A DNA stretch of 64,000 nt. It comes from Bugula neritina. Its lineage: Eukaryota > Animalia > Bryozoa. This document shows, piece after piece, positions 50,896-63,942 of this stretch (positions are counted from its first letter, which is position 1; every line of letters starts with the position of its first letter). The translations under genes and the position numbers were made by a program. The DNA is taken from positions 29,466,628-29,530,627 of the forward strand of contig OZ037767.1 of NCBI GenBank assembly GCA_964035545.1, given 5' to 3'. Under the pieces are notes generated by a model. That model did no database searches. It had not been told where the DNA came from and saw only the letters and a list, made by a program, of their open reading frames with translations.

Positions 50896-52398
50896 GAGAG
50901 ATGACAACAGACCTTACATTCCTACTGCAAGCTAAATATATATAAATAGAGCTAGCATATATTATATGTTTATAGTTATAGCTTAAAGTATATGTATGAC
51001 ATAGGGTTTGAACAATTAAAAACTTTTCCTCCAAAATACAAAATTCAACAAGTAAATGCAAACTTTATTGTATTTTATTGTATTTTAACCTTTTTGTATC
51101 TTCCAATTTTAGCCTCTATATAGAGGTTTACATATACGTAGAATAATTGTACCTGCAGTGTTATTTCAATATTCTTTTACATTGCTACTCATTCGGCTGC
51201 ATAACATTATGTTATTAAGCCTTCAATCACTTACAGCTCAAGCAAAATTACCACCTAAGTCCTAAAGTAATAGTATTGCGTTTTATGTTGTGTAAATTTA
51301 ATATAATTATTATAACGTTGCAATACCCATTAAATCGGGAGTTATTCTTTCATGTAACTAATAATTATTCTCACAACAATAAGAAAGTTACATACAGCTA
51401 TGCATCATGAGTCAAATATTTCCATTTAAACTATTGAGTATGATTTGCCAGAAAAGGTTCTATATAAAACAAAAAAAGTTCAAAAGTCATCTTTGTTGGT
51501 AATACTATGAATGAGTTATCATGACTCCATATTATTGTAATGACAAAGTTGTTTAACTCCACACGCCACCAGAATTGTATAAGTAGTATATTTTTAGTAG
51601 TAGTGTATTTTAAATACTTCATATCTAATTATAGACTTAGTATTTTAGTAGTAATAAGAGATAGATGAAAGTTATCTTCATAGAGTAGGTACTGTTGTAC
51701 TTGCAACATTCTAGTATTAATGTTATTTGTGTAATGCAAATGATGCATGATTTGATTGGTCTATATCTCTATATAGGTAACTGTGCATGTGCATTGATAG
51801 AGGCTGAAGTAAAACCAATAAACTAAAATTATAGTTCAATGGATACAACTATGCCTACTGACTCTGGTAATTGATGTAGATATTCTGGAAATTCCAAGTG
51901 ACTTATTTGCTCTATCAGTATGCTATATATAGCAAACCTTGGTTCATGGTCGTAGACTATATATATAGTTAGTACATTAGATAACATTATTGTTATCGTG
52001 TGTTCACTACATTGAATTAGCTTTTTGATTGGATATCGTTTTTTAGGTCAGGCAAAATAATTTTGACTCAGTCAAACTCAGCCAGGAGAGTTTCTGATTG
52101 AATCTGTTATGACTAAGATGTTAACGAAGAAAAGTATATTTCATGCAAAAGTCTTACCATTTAACAGCTGACCACCGGTGGCAGAGGACTAGCTTATGAG
52201 ACTGTCAGAGTTTTATATAAGAGAGTTGGAATACTTATATTAGAAGGTAACTAAAGAAGTAAAGTACAACACTATAGTATAGTGTCAGGTAAAATATCTC
52301 TTATTACTATAACATCAGAGTTTCATTAAAATCTATGTAACATATTAGGAATTTATTATAGCCAATAGAGTGTTGATCATAGGTTACTGGATACTAAA

Positions 52399-54096
52399 AT
52401 GGCAGAACCTGACAACATACAACAGGTGGTTGATATAGATAATGATGAAGAGTGGCATGTAGATGTACAGACATCTTATAACTTGTAAGTTTAACTTTTA
52501 ATACTTATGTATACCTTATTTATGGTTTAAAACACTCTCACAAGACTAAGAATACATAAGTTATTAATTTACTTGCCAGTTGTAAGCACTACCAGGTTCA
52601 ATGCATTGAGAAAGATATTAGGAATAGGAATACTAGAAAGCTACTGAAATGCCACATAATATATTTATAATTGGCAGCTTTGACTTTTTAGGACTAAAAT
52701 ATATGCTTAATTAACTTGAATTGATGCTACAAGCTTTTGGTAAAAATCAAAATTTTAGTTGATAGAAAGGTTGATAGTTAATATAAAAGATAAGTATTTT
52801 GGAAACCTTCAACCTTTGCAGCTAAATGTACGGATATGAGTAGTATGGCAGTATATACCCAAAATAGCTTCGTTTGTAATCAATAGATCACACATTCTAT
52901 ATAAATGTAAGCAGCGCATAGTTATACATCGCAGCAACTAATACGGAATGTGCAGTAACCTGATTACTCAGTGGAATTCCCAACTTTATATTACTCGTAC
53001 GACTTACTGTCGCATATACTGGATACTATTTATCACATATTTTATTAGTTAACATGCAGACTTTGTAACACAGCTCATAATTATTATGCAAATATGATTG
53101 TATTGTGCCATCCTTATTGCTTCTGCCCAAGCCAGTTGCTTGTTTGACTATACAATACAATACAGACTCTACTACACTACACTGTTACACTGCACTACAC
53201 TGTTACACTGCACTACACTACCCTACACTATACTGTGCTACACTACACTGCACTACACTACACTACACTACACTACACTACACTACACTGTTACACTACA
53301 CTACACTACACTGTTACACTATACTACACTACACTAAACTACACTACACTACACTACACTACACTACACTACACTACACTAAACTACACTACACTACACT
53401 ACACTACACTACGCTATATTACACTACACTACACTACACTACACTACACTACCCTACACTACACTACACTACACTACACTACACTGTTACACTACACTAC
53501 ACTACACTACACTACACTACACTACACTACACTACACTACACTACACTACACTACACTACACTACACTGCACTGCACTGCACTGCACTGCACTACACTAC
53601 ACTGTTACACTATACTACACTACACTAAACTACACTACACTACACTACACTACACTAAACTACACTACACTACACTACACCACATTACACTACACTACAC
53701 TATATTACACTACACTACACTGCACTACACTACACTACACTACACTACACTACACTACACTACACTACACTACACTACACTACACTACACTACACTACAC
53801 TACACTACACTACACTATACTGTGCTACACTACACTACGCTATATTACACTACACTACACTACACTACACTACACTACACTACACTATGTTACACTGCAC
53901 CACCCATATACATAGTAGAACAGTTTCAATATAAAAATAAGACTAAATGTTGACTTTGGTTTTGCTTATATTTTATCTGTTTACTGGTTGCGTTGCATTA
54001 CACAGAACTTAGTTTAGACTTGCAACTATATACATAATATTTCTCTATTGTTTTAGTATAATTTTTACTTCTGGAGTGACCAATAGACTGACATAG
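52399..54096 (+). CDS. Microprotein copy 5, 41 aa: MAEPDNIQQVVDIDNDEEWHVDVQTSYN-FIIFTSGVTNRLT. Exons 52399-52484 and 54057-54096
   Basis: Same structure as copy 3; the intron is expanded by extra sequence that includes an (ACACT)n array. Confidence 0.68.
53167..53897. repeat. (ACACT)n pentanucleotide satellite, ~730 bp
   Basis: Directly visible. Confidence 0.98.
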
Positions 54097-55975
54097 TGCC
54101 CAGCTGATGAGATGTACTTTACATTCTAAGTACAGAAACATCAGTTTGTTTTTGTTACAACCTTCCAGCCCTTCAGCATTCATATAAAATTCTTTCAATT
54201 TTGATAGGTTCATATGCAATTAGTTTTGAAATATTGCATCCCTTTTTATATATTCGATATTTATTATAGTGTTTTATTCAGTTTATAATATTATTCTCAC
54301 TCTACTATTTTACAACTTCCTATGGATTATGAAAAAATTGATGGACCTGCTGTAAAGCTGGTGGTGATTTCTATTTCACTTTATTATATCATATTTTATA
54401 TTACATAGTATTAATTATTTCACTTTATTATATCATATTTTGTATTACATAATGTTACTCTTGCTGGTTTATGTAAATCTTTTAAATCAATTAGTATGCT
54501 GGCAACAATCTGCCTTCCATACTATGAATAAAGTAATGCGGATAACAGCAGATAACATGGAGTACAGCAAGAAGTAGCTTTAACTTTACAGGAACACAAT
54601 GTTATATAATTTAATATTATGTACATTTGTAATTTCTATAATTTATAATGTTTGAACTGACTAGTTACATTATATAGCAGATAGTGTTCCTGATTGCATA
54701 TGTTTCTGGAAGTCACTTTTCAATGATTTGGTAATAATTATGTATCCATTATGTATGTTATTTAAATTGTATTTTGTATATGTTATTTGAATGAAGTCTC
54801 AATATTTGTGTCTATATGTATGTTATAATATACAGTTACATAAAATGATTATAAGAATTACAATTAATATGTTTTGTGGCGTAATAATCAGAAAAGTAAT
54901 GATTCTGTAAACACTTTTGTGTATCTTAAGCTAGGGGAGAATACTTTTCAACAACATCATCGAAATTAAAGCTTCAATAAAAGAACCTGAACAAAAGCTT
55001 TTGCTAAAGGCTAAAAGAATATGACAATAAAGACTATTTTGTTCAAATTAACTGCTTATGCTAATTTTTTGATTGATGTAAATCAATATAGCAGAAGCTA
55101 TATTAGCTTAAGGTAAACTTTGCTGCTCTACGTATACTTACACACCATTAAACAAATAATACAGGCATTACTCAGATAGAAAGCATATTGGAAGCTATAT
55201 TCTGAAATTTTATTAGCCATGGAGGTTATACTTTAAAATCGAGATAATGCTATGCTATAAAATATACACCATACAATGACTGTTCAGTATTATACTAATT
55301 TTTAAACATGGTATGACAAATCTCAATCAGATAAAAGCTTTCTATCATCCTCCTGTAGATGAGTAACAATAATCATTTTTTCAATAAATTAGATTTTTAT
55401 GGAAAATAATATATCAATAACAGGCTAAAAGGTTAAAAATAAATTTTCAAAATTGTTTACCCTTCTTTTACAAATGTAGAGTTCAATTTTACTTGAAAAA
55501 TTAATGTTTATAGAGTTATTTAAATTTTAATAAATATGATATATCTGACTTTCTGAAATGTGCTTATGCTACACATTTATTTAATTATAGATAAGAATTA
55601 TATTATGTGCTAACTTGTATAGACTATGGAATGTATAATTAGATGTAATATTTTTGCAACTGAAATTTATTGAGCGCCAGCATATAATAATATATCGAAT
55701 GTGGTCTATTAAAATATACTTTTTTTATTTTTTTCAGCGGTTTTCATTATGCTTTTATAGTAAGAAAAAAACTAAAATATTATGGCAAATTGTTTTTAAA
55801 AATTGGCTGAATAGAAAGTTAATTTACATAGCTTGTAAATTTAATTATGATCAACTCACCTTATTTGAAGGTGCTATATAACAGTGTAATATGCTTATAC
55901 ACTCAGTTAAGGTGTATACATTATTTAGTTTGTCATATAAATTTAATAGACCATCAACATACTTAAAATATGCAT

Positions 55976-57500
55976 CTACAGCCCATGGAACTGAGAAGGA
56001 GGTCTGCTCTCCAAGTACGACTTGATCTTTTCATTAGAAGTGAACTTTGCAGCAAACTCAGTGGTCCAAGGAGTGAAGTCCATGATGTCAGGGAAGGGAA
56101 CTCTACATAACTCTAGACCTGTGTATAACCAGATGTCTGCCAAACCTATCTGTAAAGGGGAGGCAATTACTATAACAACGCTGTGTTATAAATATTGTAT
56201 GTGTATGTGGCCTTTTAATTAATTAGGTTTTATAAATTTAAGTTTCAAGAGCACTTATTGTGAAGGTTTTGACTAGAAATTACAAGAATATAAAGTAATA
56301 AAATAACAAAGTTAATTTACCATCTATATAGCAGTCTACTGACATTTTGAATAGCAGAAGTATATGATTATATAATTAGAAAAACCCTTATCCATGCAAT
56401 CAATAAATTTATGGCCTTATAATATGTTTTAACTTTTCAGTATTATAATACTACAAAACCTGTTTATCATGAAAGAAAGCAATGAAATATAAGTGATACT
56501 CTCTATTGTTGTGACTTACCTCATCTGACACTATATACTCTTTGCCTTCCTTCTCAGCTATAGATTGTATGTAAAGCAACCTTTTTTTTATGTACTCTTT
56601 GACTTCCTCTTTTACTTCAGCAAAGTTCTCTGGCTCAGGAACACCAAATAGTACATGCTTGTAGATATTCTGACCGTTGTAGTTTATAAACTCCATGGTT
56701 ACTTCTACAACCAAATCGTGAATTGTCTCCTCTCTCAGATTGTCTCCCATTAAACCTGTGTATATGTATTACAGACTAGTTGCTAAAGAATGTTACATAA
56801 GAGTTATGTTGTAGAAACATTGAAGTTTAGTTTATACAACACATGACAAATTATGATTGCGAAATAAGCATTACGTTAATTGGAAATAAACATGATATAT
56901 ATGCTTGTATTGCATGGGATCTTTTATACACAGCAAAAACTGTTTATTTAAAACATGCAAGTATTTTTACTGGGTTTGGTGACAGGTAGCTTTTTAGAAA
57001 ACCATTAAACTGTAGGTTATCACTTTTTGTTTTAGTTTCATATTTATATTTTAATTCTCATATAGTTTAGGCAACAAAGATATTATTTGCATCAGCATGA
57101 AAATCTTATAATGGACAGACATAACAAAGAAGGAAAGGAAATAGAAAGAAAAACAGCTCAGAGCAGTGCGAACTTAGCTGATAGTTTTTTATTTAATGAA
57201 AAGTGATGTATAATTTTACCAGCTGTTATATTAAAGAAAGAATTCAGATTGTGATTTGCTGATATATTATTTTGCTTGTAAGTCTAAAGTACTATAATAC
57301 TATCAGATGGCTGTGTTGACATGCTAGCACATCCTGTGTAGATGACGCAATTGTTATGATGCACGTAATTTACCCAGTTTTTTAGCCACATATCTCGCTA
57401 TAACATTAGACTGACAGAACACCCCATCCTCTGTGAAAAGTACTGGGAGTTGTCCCAACGCAACAGGGTTCTCTAAAACAGTATGGAGAAATTATATTTG

Positions 57501-57590
<90 letters not shown>

Positions 57591-58068
57591 CCTCTACTGC
57601 ACAGAATAGAGCAGCATATCACATATCACGCCACGGGTACTATATTTTGGTAAACTTTTCTAATGCTACTGATTGGCCATAGCTCACGCCTGCAAATAAT
57701 TCTGGCCAGTTACATCGCACCACGTTGCCCCATCTCAGCAAAATAAAGCCTTGACAATCATATTCAGTTTACAACACTAATACATGGTCTGGTTGTGTAT
57801 AGTTAATCGCAATTACTATCTTGTAGCTCATGCAAACAGCACAAAACAAAATGACTCCGTAACCAGCTTTCACGACACTTGTTGAGGACAACTGTTAGTA
57901 ACATGCATATTTTATACTAATAACCAACTTACCACGTCTTTCTTGAGGCCATTTCTCATCTGTAGTTCGAGTATCATTGAATTCTTTTCCAGCCATCACA
58001 TACAACATCCTAATAGCTTCAGCTCTTCCTCGAGATGAGAAGTACAGGAGAGTGTCTTGTGCAGCCAT
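55976..58068 (-). CDS. Cytosolic glutathione S-transferase, sigma-like. Exons 57933-58068, 57374-57472, 56520-56755, 55976-56149
   Basis: MAAQDTLLYFSSRGRAEAIRMLY (catalytic Tyr, RGRAE motif), LGQLPVL (cis-Pro loop), QSNVIARYVAKKLG, IGLADI and KSYLESRP. Exon phases are consistent. Confidence 0.93.
57502..57585. repeat. (AT)n microsatellite in GST intron 1
   Basis: Directly visible. Confidence 0.97.
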
Positions 58069-58338
58069 GTTTTAGTAGCGACTGTTGCAGGCTACCAGCT
58101 ACTGTGAAGTGATAACAAGTTAATGTAAACATAGTGATGAGATAACTTGACATGTGAATGACAGTGCCAGCATAACTGATAAGCTAAACAAGCAGGTAAA
58201 ATACTGAATTTGCTTATTTAGCTTTGTGGTGTGAGTGTAGACATGTAGCTGAAACTATGGTAGCTTGCCAAGTTTTTTCATAATTCCAAAGTTTATGGGT
58301 TGATCCAAACAACTGTAGAAGTTCGCCTATATATCTAT

Positions 58339-58498
58339 CTCTACTACTGCTGCTGTTGTTACTGCTTCTGCTGGTGCTGCTGCTGCTACTGCTGTTGCTG
58401 GTACTACTGCTGCTACTACTACTGCTGCTATTACTGGTACTATTGTTGCTGTTACTACTGCTACTGGTACTACTGTTGCTGTTGCTGCAACGTTGCTG
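58339..58498. repeat. Degenerate (CTG/CTA/TTG)n trinucleotide tract
   Basis: Directly visible. Confidence 0.92.
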
Positions 58499-59872
58499 CG
58501 CAACAGTATATCATAATAGTATACTGCTCTGCTATTATATTACAGTAGTTATGATTAGCCACCCAGCATTCACTTATTAATGCATCAGCTGCCCTGAGAT
58601 TAAGAGGCTCACAGCCTTGATGTTGAGAATGAAGACCAGCTGATGGAGCTCAATTTTAAATTAAATTTTTAGCCTTGGATTCTTTGAACTACTGATCCAC
58701 ACCTAATTAGGATCTAATAATATTTGAGTATCCTTTGCCAAGTTTGCCAGTTATAGTGACTTATAGGTTACAATCTAATCCCAAGAGTATTCCGGCAATT
58801 TTAGAAAAGGAAGGTATACAAGGAAGAAAAGATTGTTAGAAGAAAAGCTTTATTATATATGTAATTAGCCTTCTTTAGTTGTTTTATTATTAATATAACT
58901 CTGTAGCTTTCATATACTGTATATCAATTATTTTCTAGTTCACTTCTTGTTCTACTCATCTATATGGTCATATATATCATTAATTTTTATCAACTAAAAT
59001 ATACTAATAATACATATACTAATAATACATATACTAATAATACATATAAATAATTTATTTTTATCGATTAAAATATATTCATGACCTGCCAATAGATTTT
59101 TTCCCAACAAAACTATCATGTAAATAGGCCACATTTTTAACAAAAAATAAACTTTGAGTGAAAGCAGAACAGTGTATAATTCTATATCGGTGACAACGTA
59201 AGTGAACTAGACTTTTAGTGATTTAAAATGAAATTTTATTATTTTGTTCGCAGACAAAAAATTCTTGTTTTTTAAACATAAATATACAGAATGTTAAATT
59301 TAGGCAACATTAAAATTTGTTGAGATTTCAGACTAAATTAACATCTATATAATCTACGTCAGCTTATAGAAGCTAAAAACTAAAACTGGAAGATACAGCA
59401 CATTAAACATAGTATTATAGCTGCCACAGACTTCATAAACTTTTAATTATAGCTTTAACAAAAATTGTAATTGTTTATGTATGGCTTGCGTAAAAACAGC
59501 TATATTTAGATTTAAATGTTTTGCAAAAAGAAATTAAAAACCAACTTGCCAATAAATAAGCTAAAAAGCATGATTTTCAAAATCAAACTAATGAAATACA
59601 ATATGCATAAAAATGTTATTATATAATAATAAATACAGAATCGCAAATTATTAGGACTATTTTAAATAAGTATAAAATAATGAGTCATGTTTTACACACA
59701 AGTGTATCCATAAATTATAGTCAATAATAACTATTTGGCACAATAGATTCAAACACATGTTTAAATATCTGTTACATTGAGCAAATTTAAATAGAAGACA
59801 AAACATGCCACTAGTGGTGATAACTAAATGAATGACCCTGTGAAATATAAATTAAGGTTCCTCATTGGTTGA

Positions 59873-62800
59873 CTAACATTCCACCATCAATGTGTTAAGA
59901 TGTTGCCTATAGGCTGAGGTGAGCTGGTCTGAGCCACTAATACACTGTCTTACATTGTAGTTCCCTTCTGTTGAGGATTGTCTTTCAGTAGAGAGCCACG
60001 CATCTTGGGCTATGTAGGTAACCGCAGGGACACAGTACTGGGCTATACTGTAGTTCTCCGGGTCTGAGGAGTTACACACCCAAACAGGAAGTAGTAGTTT
60101 AGCATAGTGATGAGGATAGCCATGGCAACCGTCAACAACAGCTAACTCATCATAGGTTATTGTGTATAGAGCGCCCTCTGTAGAGGAGTAGGCATTTGCT
60201 TCTATATTAGCAAACAGGCCGGCTTCTTTATCTATGCCTGGGATTACAGAAACAAATATAATATTTTTTATTAAACAGCCATAAATTTAATGTAATATAG
60301 AATTAATAGTACCATTATAGCACACACATATATAAATAACATTGTTATAACCTCTATATATAATAATTATATTATAATTATATTATAAAGATGATCATAC
60401 ATCTTCAAACTTACAACACTTATAACACACATATAAACAACATTGCTATAACAAATATGTATATATGTATTATAATTATATTATTGCATTATATTATAAC
60501 TATATTATATACATGATCACACATACTCAAACTTACCAGCTTTATTAAATGTCAGTTGAAACCCAAACAGCAGAGCCCAACGCTTTTCTTCAACTTTTCT
60601 TCTCAATAAAGCTGAAAACCTAATAATCAAATAACACACTACTCAATGCATTGTTACAGTAACACATTACTCAAAAGCATTGTTGATACAGTGTAAACAT
60701 TGTTATATGTTACAACAATACTATTTTCTAAATATTTAACAATCAATTAATCAAATCTTAACAAGCAAATATGACACTTGATTGGTTATAAAAAATAACT
60801 GACATTAATTGTATAAGTAGGTAATGCTAACAGCCATTGTAAACCCTAAGTTGGCTTTGTTGGGTAAATACGATATGCATAACAATGTTTCTGTCCTTTT
60901 ATTACAAGTTGAAGTGCCTGCAACATTTTTATAGCAGAAGAACACTTGAAATTTATTTCTTACGTTCATCAGGAATATTAATTCCATGATAAAAAAGAAG
61001 AAACAATTATTATACTAGGGCATCACACAAGGTTAGATAATTCCAAATCACTATTTTCTACTCCATATATTGTAAAATATATTTTTACAGTAGAAGCGGC
61101 TAAGTTATAGCTTTCTCCCAGTACATAAATGCCTAACCACATGGTAGTAAAGTATCACAACAGCATGTGTACTTGGTAATGAAAACTCTAAAAGATAAAC
61201 TCTCAATATTTATTCCAGTAGCAGATGTAAAGTGTAGATATTGCCACAGTTTTATGCATATATTTAATTCTAGCCCTAGCTCTGTGTAGGTATAGCTAGT
61301 AAAAGTTGTGTGGACTCATATACTTTACCTGCTCAATTTCATGTCTGCATCATATGCAAAGTAGAAGACAGAGCCCTCTGGTGGGAGAGCATTGATCCTG
61401 AAGCAGCTGGGTGCCACCGGAGAAATGGGTTCCACAACACCTTCGTTGTGCTGCCTGGAGTTCATAGGTTTGGTTGTTCCTTCCACAGCAACTGGAAGAC
61501 TATAAAAACAAAATTTCAACAGTTTTCAATCAAAAATTGAAACTAATAACATAAAAAACATTAAATGAAAATACGATTTGAAGGAAAATAGTAATAAAAG
61601 TTGATATACTATGGAAAACAATTTGTTTGTTAAGAAATGAATTCATTATGACATTTAATTAGGTTTTTGTTTCACATAATTGTGACTAGAAACACACGCA
61701 AATCTTTAGAAACTAAAGATGAGTCAGTGACTGACCTGTCAGAAGGTAGGGCAGACAACTCCAACACCTGAAAATACAGATAGTTTTAGAAGGAGCCAAC
61801 ATTCATTACAAACTTTGCAATGTGATAAACTATGATGAAAACAATAGGTTGACCCATACTGAAAATATTTAGTATTCAATAATATCAAATAACATTGAAC
61901 ACTTATGACCTATTGAAACATTTTTCTAGAAAGAAAAAAATACTTGAATTTTGAAAGTAGAAGCTCTGTAGAAGATATCAAAGCATATGGAAACTCTAAA
62001 TACTATGATCTAATAATATTTGTGCCTAACAAATTCGATTGTAATAAAATATCTTTACAAAGGGAAAGCAGAAAAGATAACCATATTGCGGTGCAAACAA
62101 TCAAAATATAAAGGAAGGTATGGCCAAGTATATTCAACTTTTATCTTCACACATTATAAATAGTCCGCAAAGATAAACATTGAATAGCCAAAGAAAAATC
62201 ACAATTCAAATTATTTTAGTTACAAACATTTACAAGCAACAATCAAAGGTATTGATATTTTATTGGTTTAACTTCCGTCCAGGGGGATACCTTATCGGAC
62301 TCTGGCATATAGTCTACTAGAGTCTCCAAAAAGCATTTCCTGTCAGAAATGACGAACTCTAACTCAGAAATTGGAGAGTCCAGTCCCGGGGTGTGACAAT
62401 CCTCGTGAGTACACAGCAGGTCAAGTGGCAAAAGCAGAGGAGTGGGTGGAGGATTGTCGGGTGTGAACTCACAATCATTTTGATCAGAGTTGACAGCTAC
62501 ACAGGAAGAAGCTGTCTGCTGCTCGGATTCAAGTTCGGGAGAAATAGAAGATGGGGTGGGCTAGAAAAGGGTGAAACAGAATGCGTGCGTTCAAGAAAAA
62601 AACTACAAGCTAAGCAACAAATATTGAAAATAATACAAAGCTTTACACTCAAATTTTGGAAATTGATTGATCTTAACTTCAAATCAGAACATGAAGTGAA
62701 AACAATAAATTTATAATCAAATAAATCAGATCAAATGCCTTTCTGTCAATAGAAAAGATGTATGGGTGCTGAATCAGTGAAATCTGATAAATTGGACAAG

Positions 62801-63942
62801 TGCAGAGCGTCTTATGCTATACTATTTACAGCATGCTCTGTATTTATATTCATGCAAAAGAAGTATAGGTTCAACAAATGAAAAGAAATTTATGGAAAAT
62901 AATATAACAACTTGGAAGTTCTAAAGCTAACAAATTATAGCATAATTAATTTCACAAGTTTTGAGAGAAGGCATGTGAGGGATGCTTCTGATACCATACA
63001 TCCATGTGTTCAACTAGGTGAGTAAACCAAGTATATAATAGTAAGTTATAATAATTCTGAACAACTAAAATACAAAGTACCAGCTAACGAATTAGCTTTA
63101 AACTGTTTCATCATCAATTAAAATATAGTCACATAAAGTGCTAAGTTTAGCCTTGGAGCTTACCTTGAGTTTTGTAGGCTGAGGAGGGTAGATCTGCCGT
63201 ACCAAAGTTTTAGTGGTTAAATATTCACTAATTTGCCCGTGTATGCCATACACAGAGTATTTTGAAGCTGATTCTTTCATTTGATCATCTTCATCCTGCA
63301 TACACATAATAAGGAATATTTAATAATAACAATACAATCAACAATCAAGTCTATTGTTGTACGTATTTTACTCGATTTACTATTTTATAAAGATGTATTA
63401 TTATGTAAAAATAGATATGCTTGTATTATGTAAAACTAGGCACTATAAAAAGCTCATAAACTTTACAACTCAAATAGGCATTGAGACATGTGTCAAGTTG
63501 TCAAGTCATTCTACTTGAGTTCATTTTGTAAAGTTACTTTTACATTTTCTGAGAGTTTTCTCATCCTACATATTATATTATAATATATTATATGTTTCTA
63601 GCTCCAAATGCAGAGAGAAGTGTTTGTAGTTTAAATTCAACGAGTGTTAAACTTTTCTAATGAAAACATATTCTAGGCAGACAATAAAGAGATTTTTAAA
63701 TCTCTTCTCATTTATTGTGTATTATATACTAAGGACAATTTTTCTATAATCCTCACTTCATTTTCATTGAAAGAGTCAAGATAGAGTGTCAGCTCTTTGC
63801 TGTTGTCTACAATTTCAATAGTCTGTGTGCTGCCTGATGATTGGCTGATGTCATGTGAAACTGATGCCGGTTTGTCATCTTGCAGCTCATTGGCTGGAGA
63901 GAAATAATGACATTCTTCCACTTCCTCAGCGAATTTCACTTC
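59873..63942 (-). CDS. 5'-incomplete gene with a C-terminal gamma-glutamylcyclotransferase (GGCT/AIG2)-like domain. Exons: 63757-63942, 63164-63295, 62291-62560, 61736-61767, 61329-61499, 60537-60619, 59873-60237
   Basis: Phase-consistent GT-AG exons. The C-terminal part reads FYFAYDADM...WALLFGFQLTFNK...FANIEANAYSSTEGALYTITYDELAVVDGCHGYPHHY...AVTYIA, matching the GGCT pattern YFAYGSN..A.L....L.F...A.I......GV.Y.....L..LD..EG...Y. The upstream part is acidic, S/P-rich and low in complexity. Confidence 0.75.

Noticed and set aside
53098-53953. Long (TTLHY)n ORFs, and a possible CRISPR-like array
   Set aside because: A pure (ACACT)n satellite in an intron; there are no unique spacers and the context is eukaryotic.
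58300-58580. Cys/Tyr-rich 'metallothionein-like' and poly-Leu ORFs
   Set aside because: Degenerate trinucleotide repeat with no ATG or exon support.
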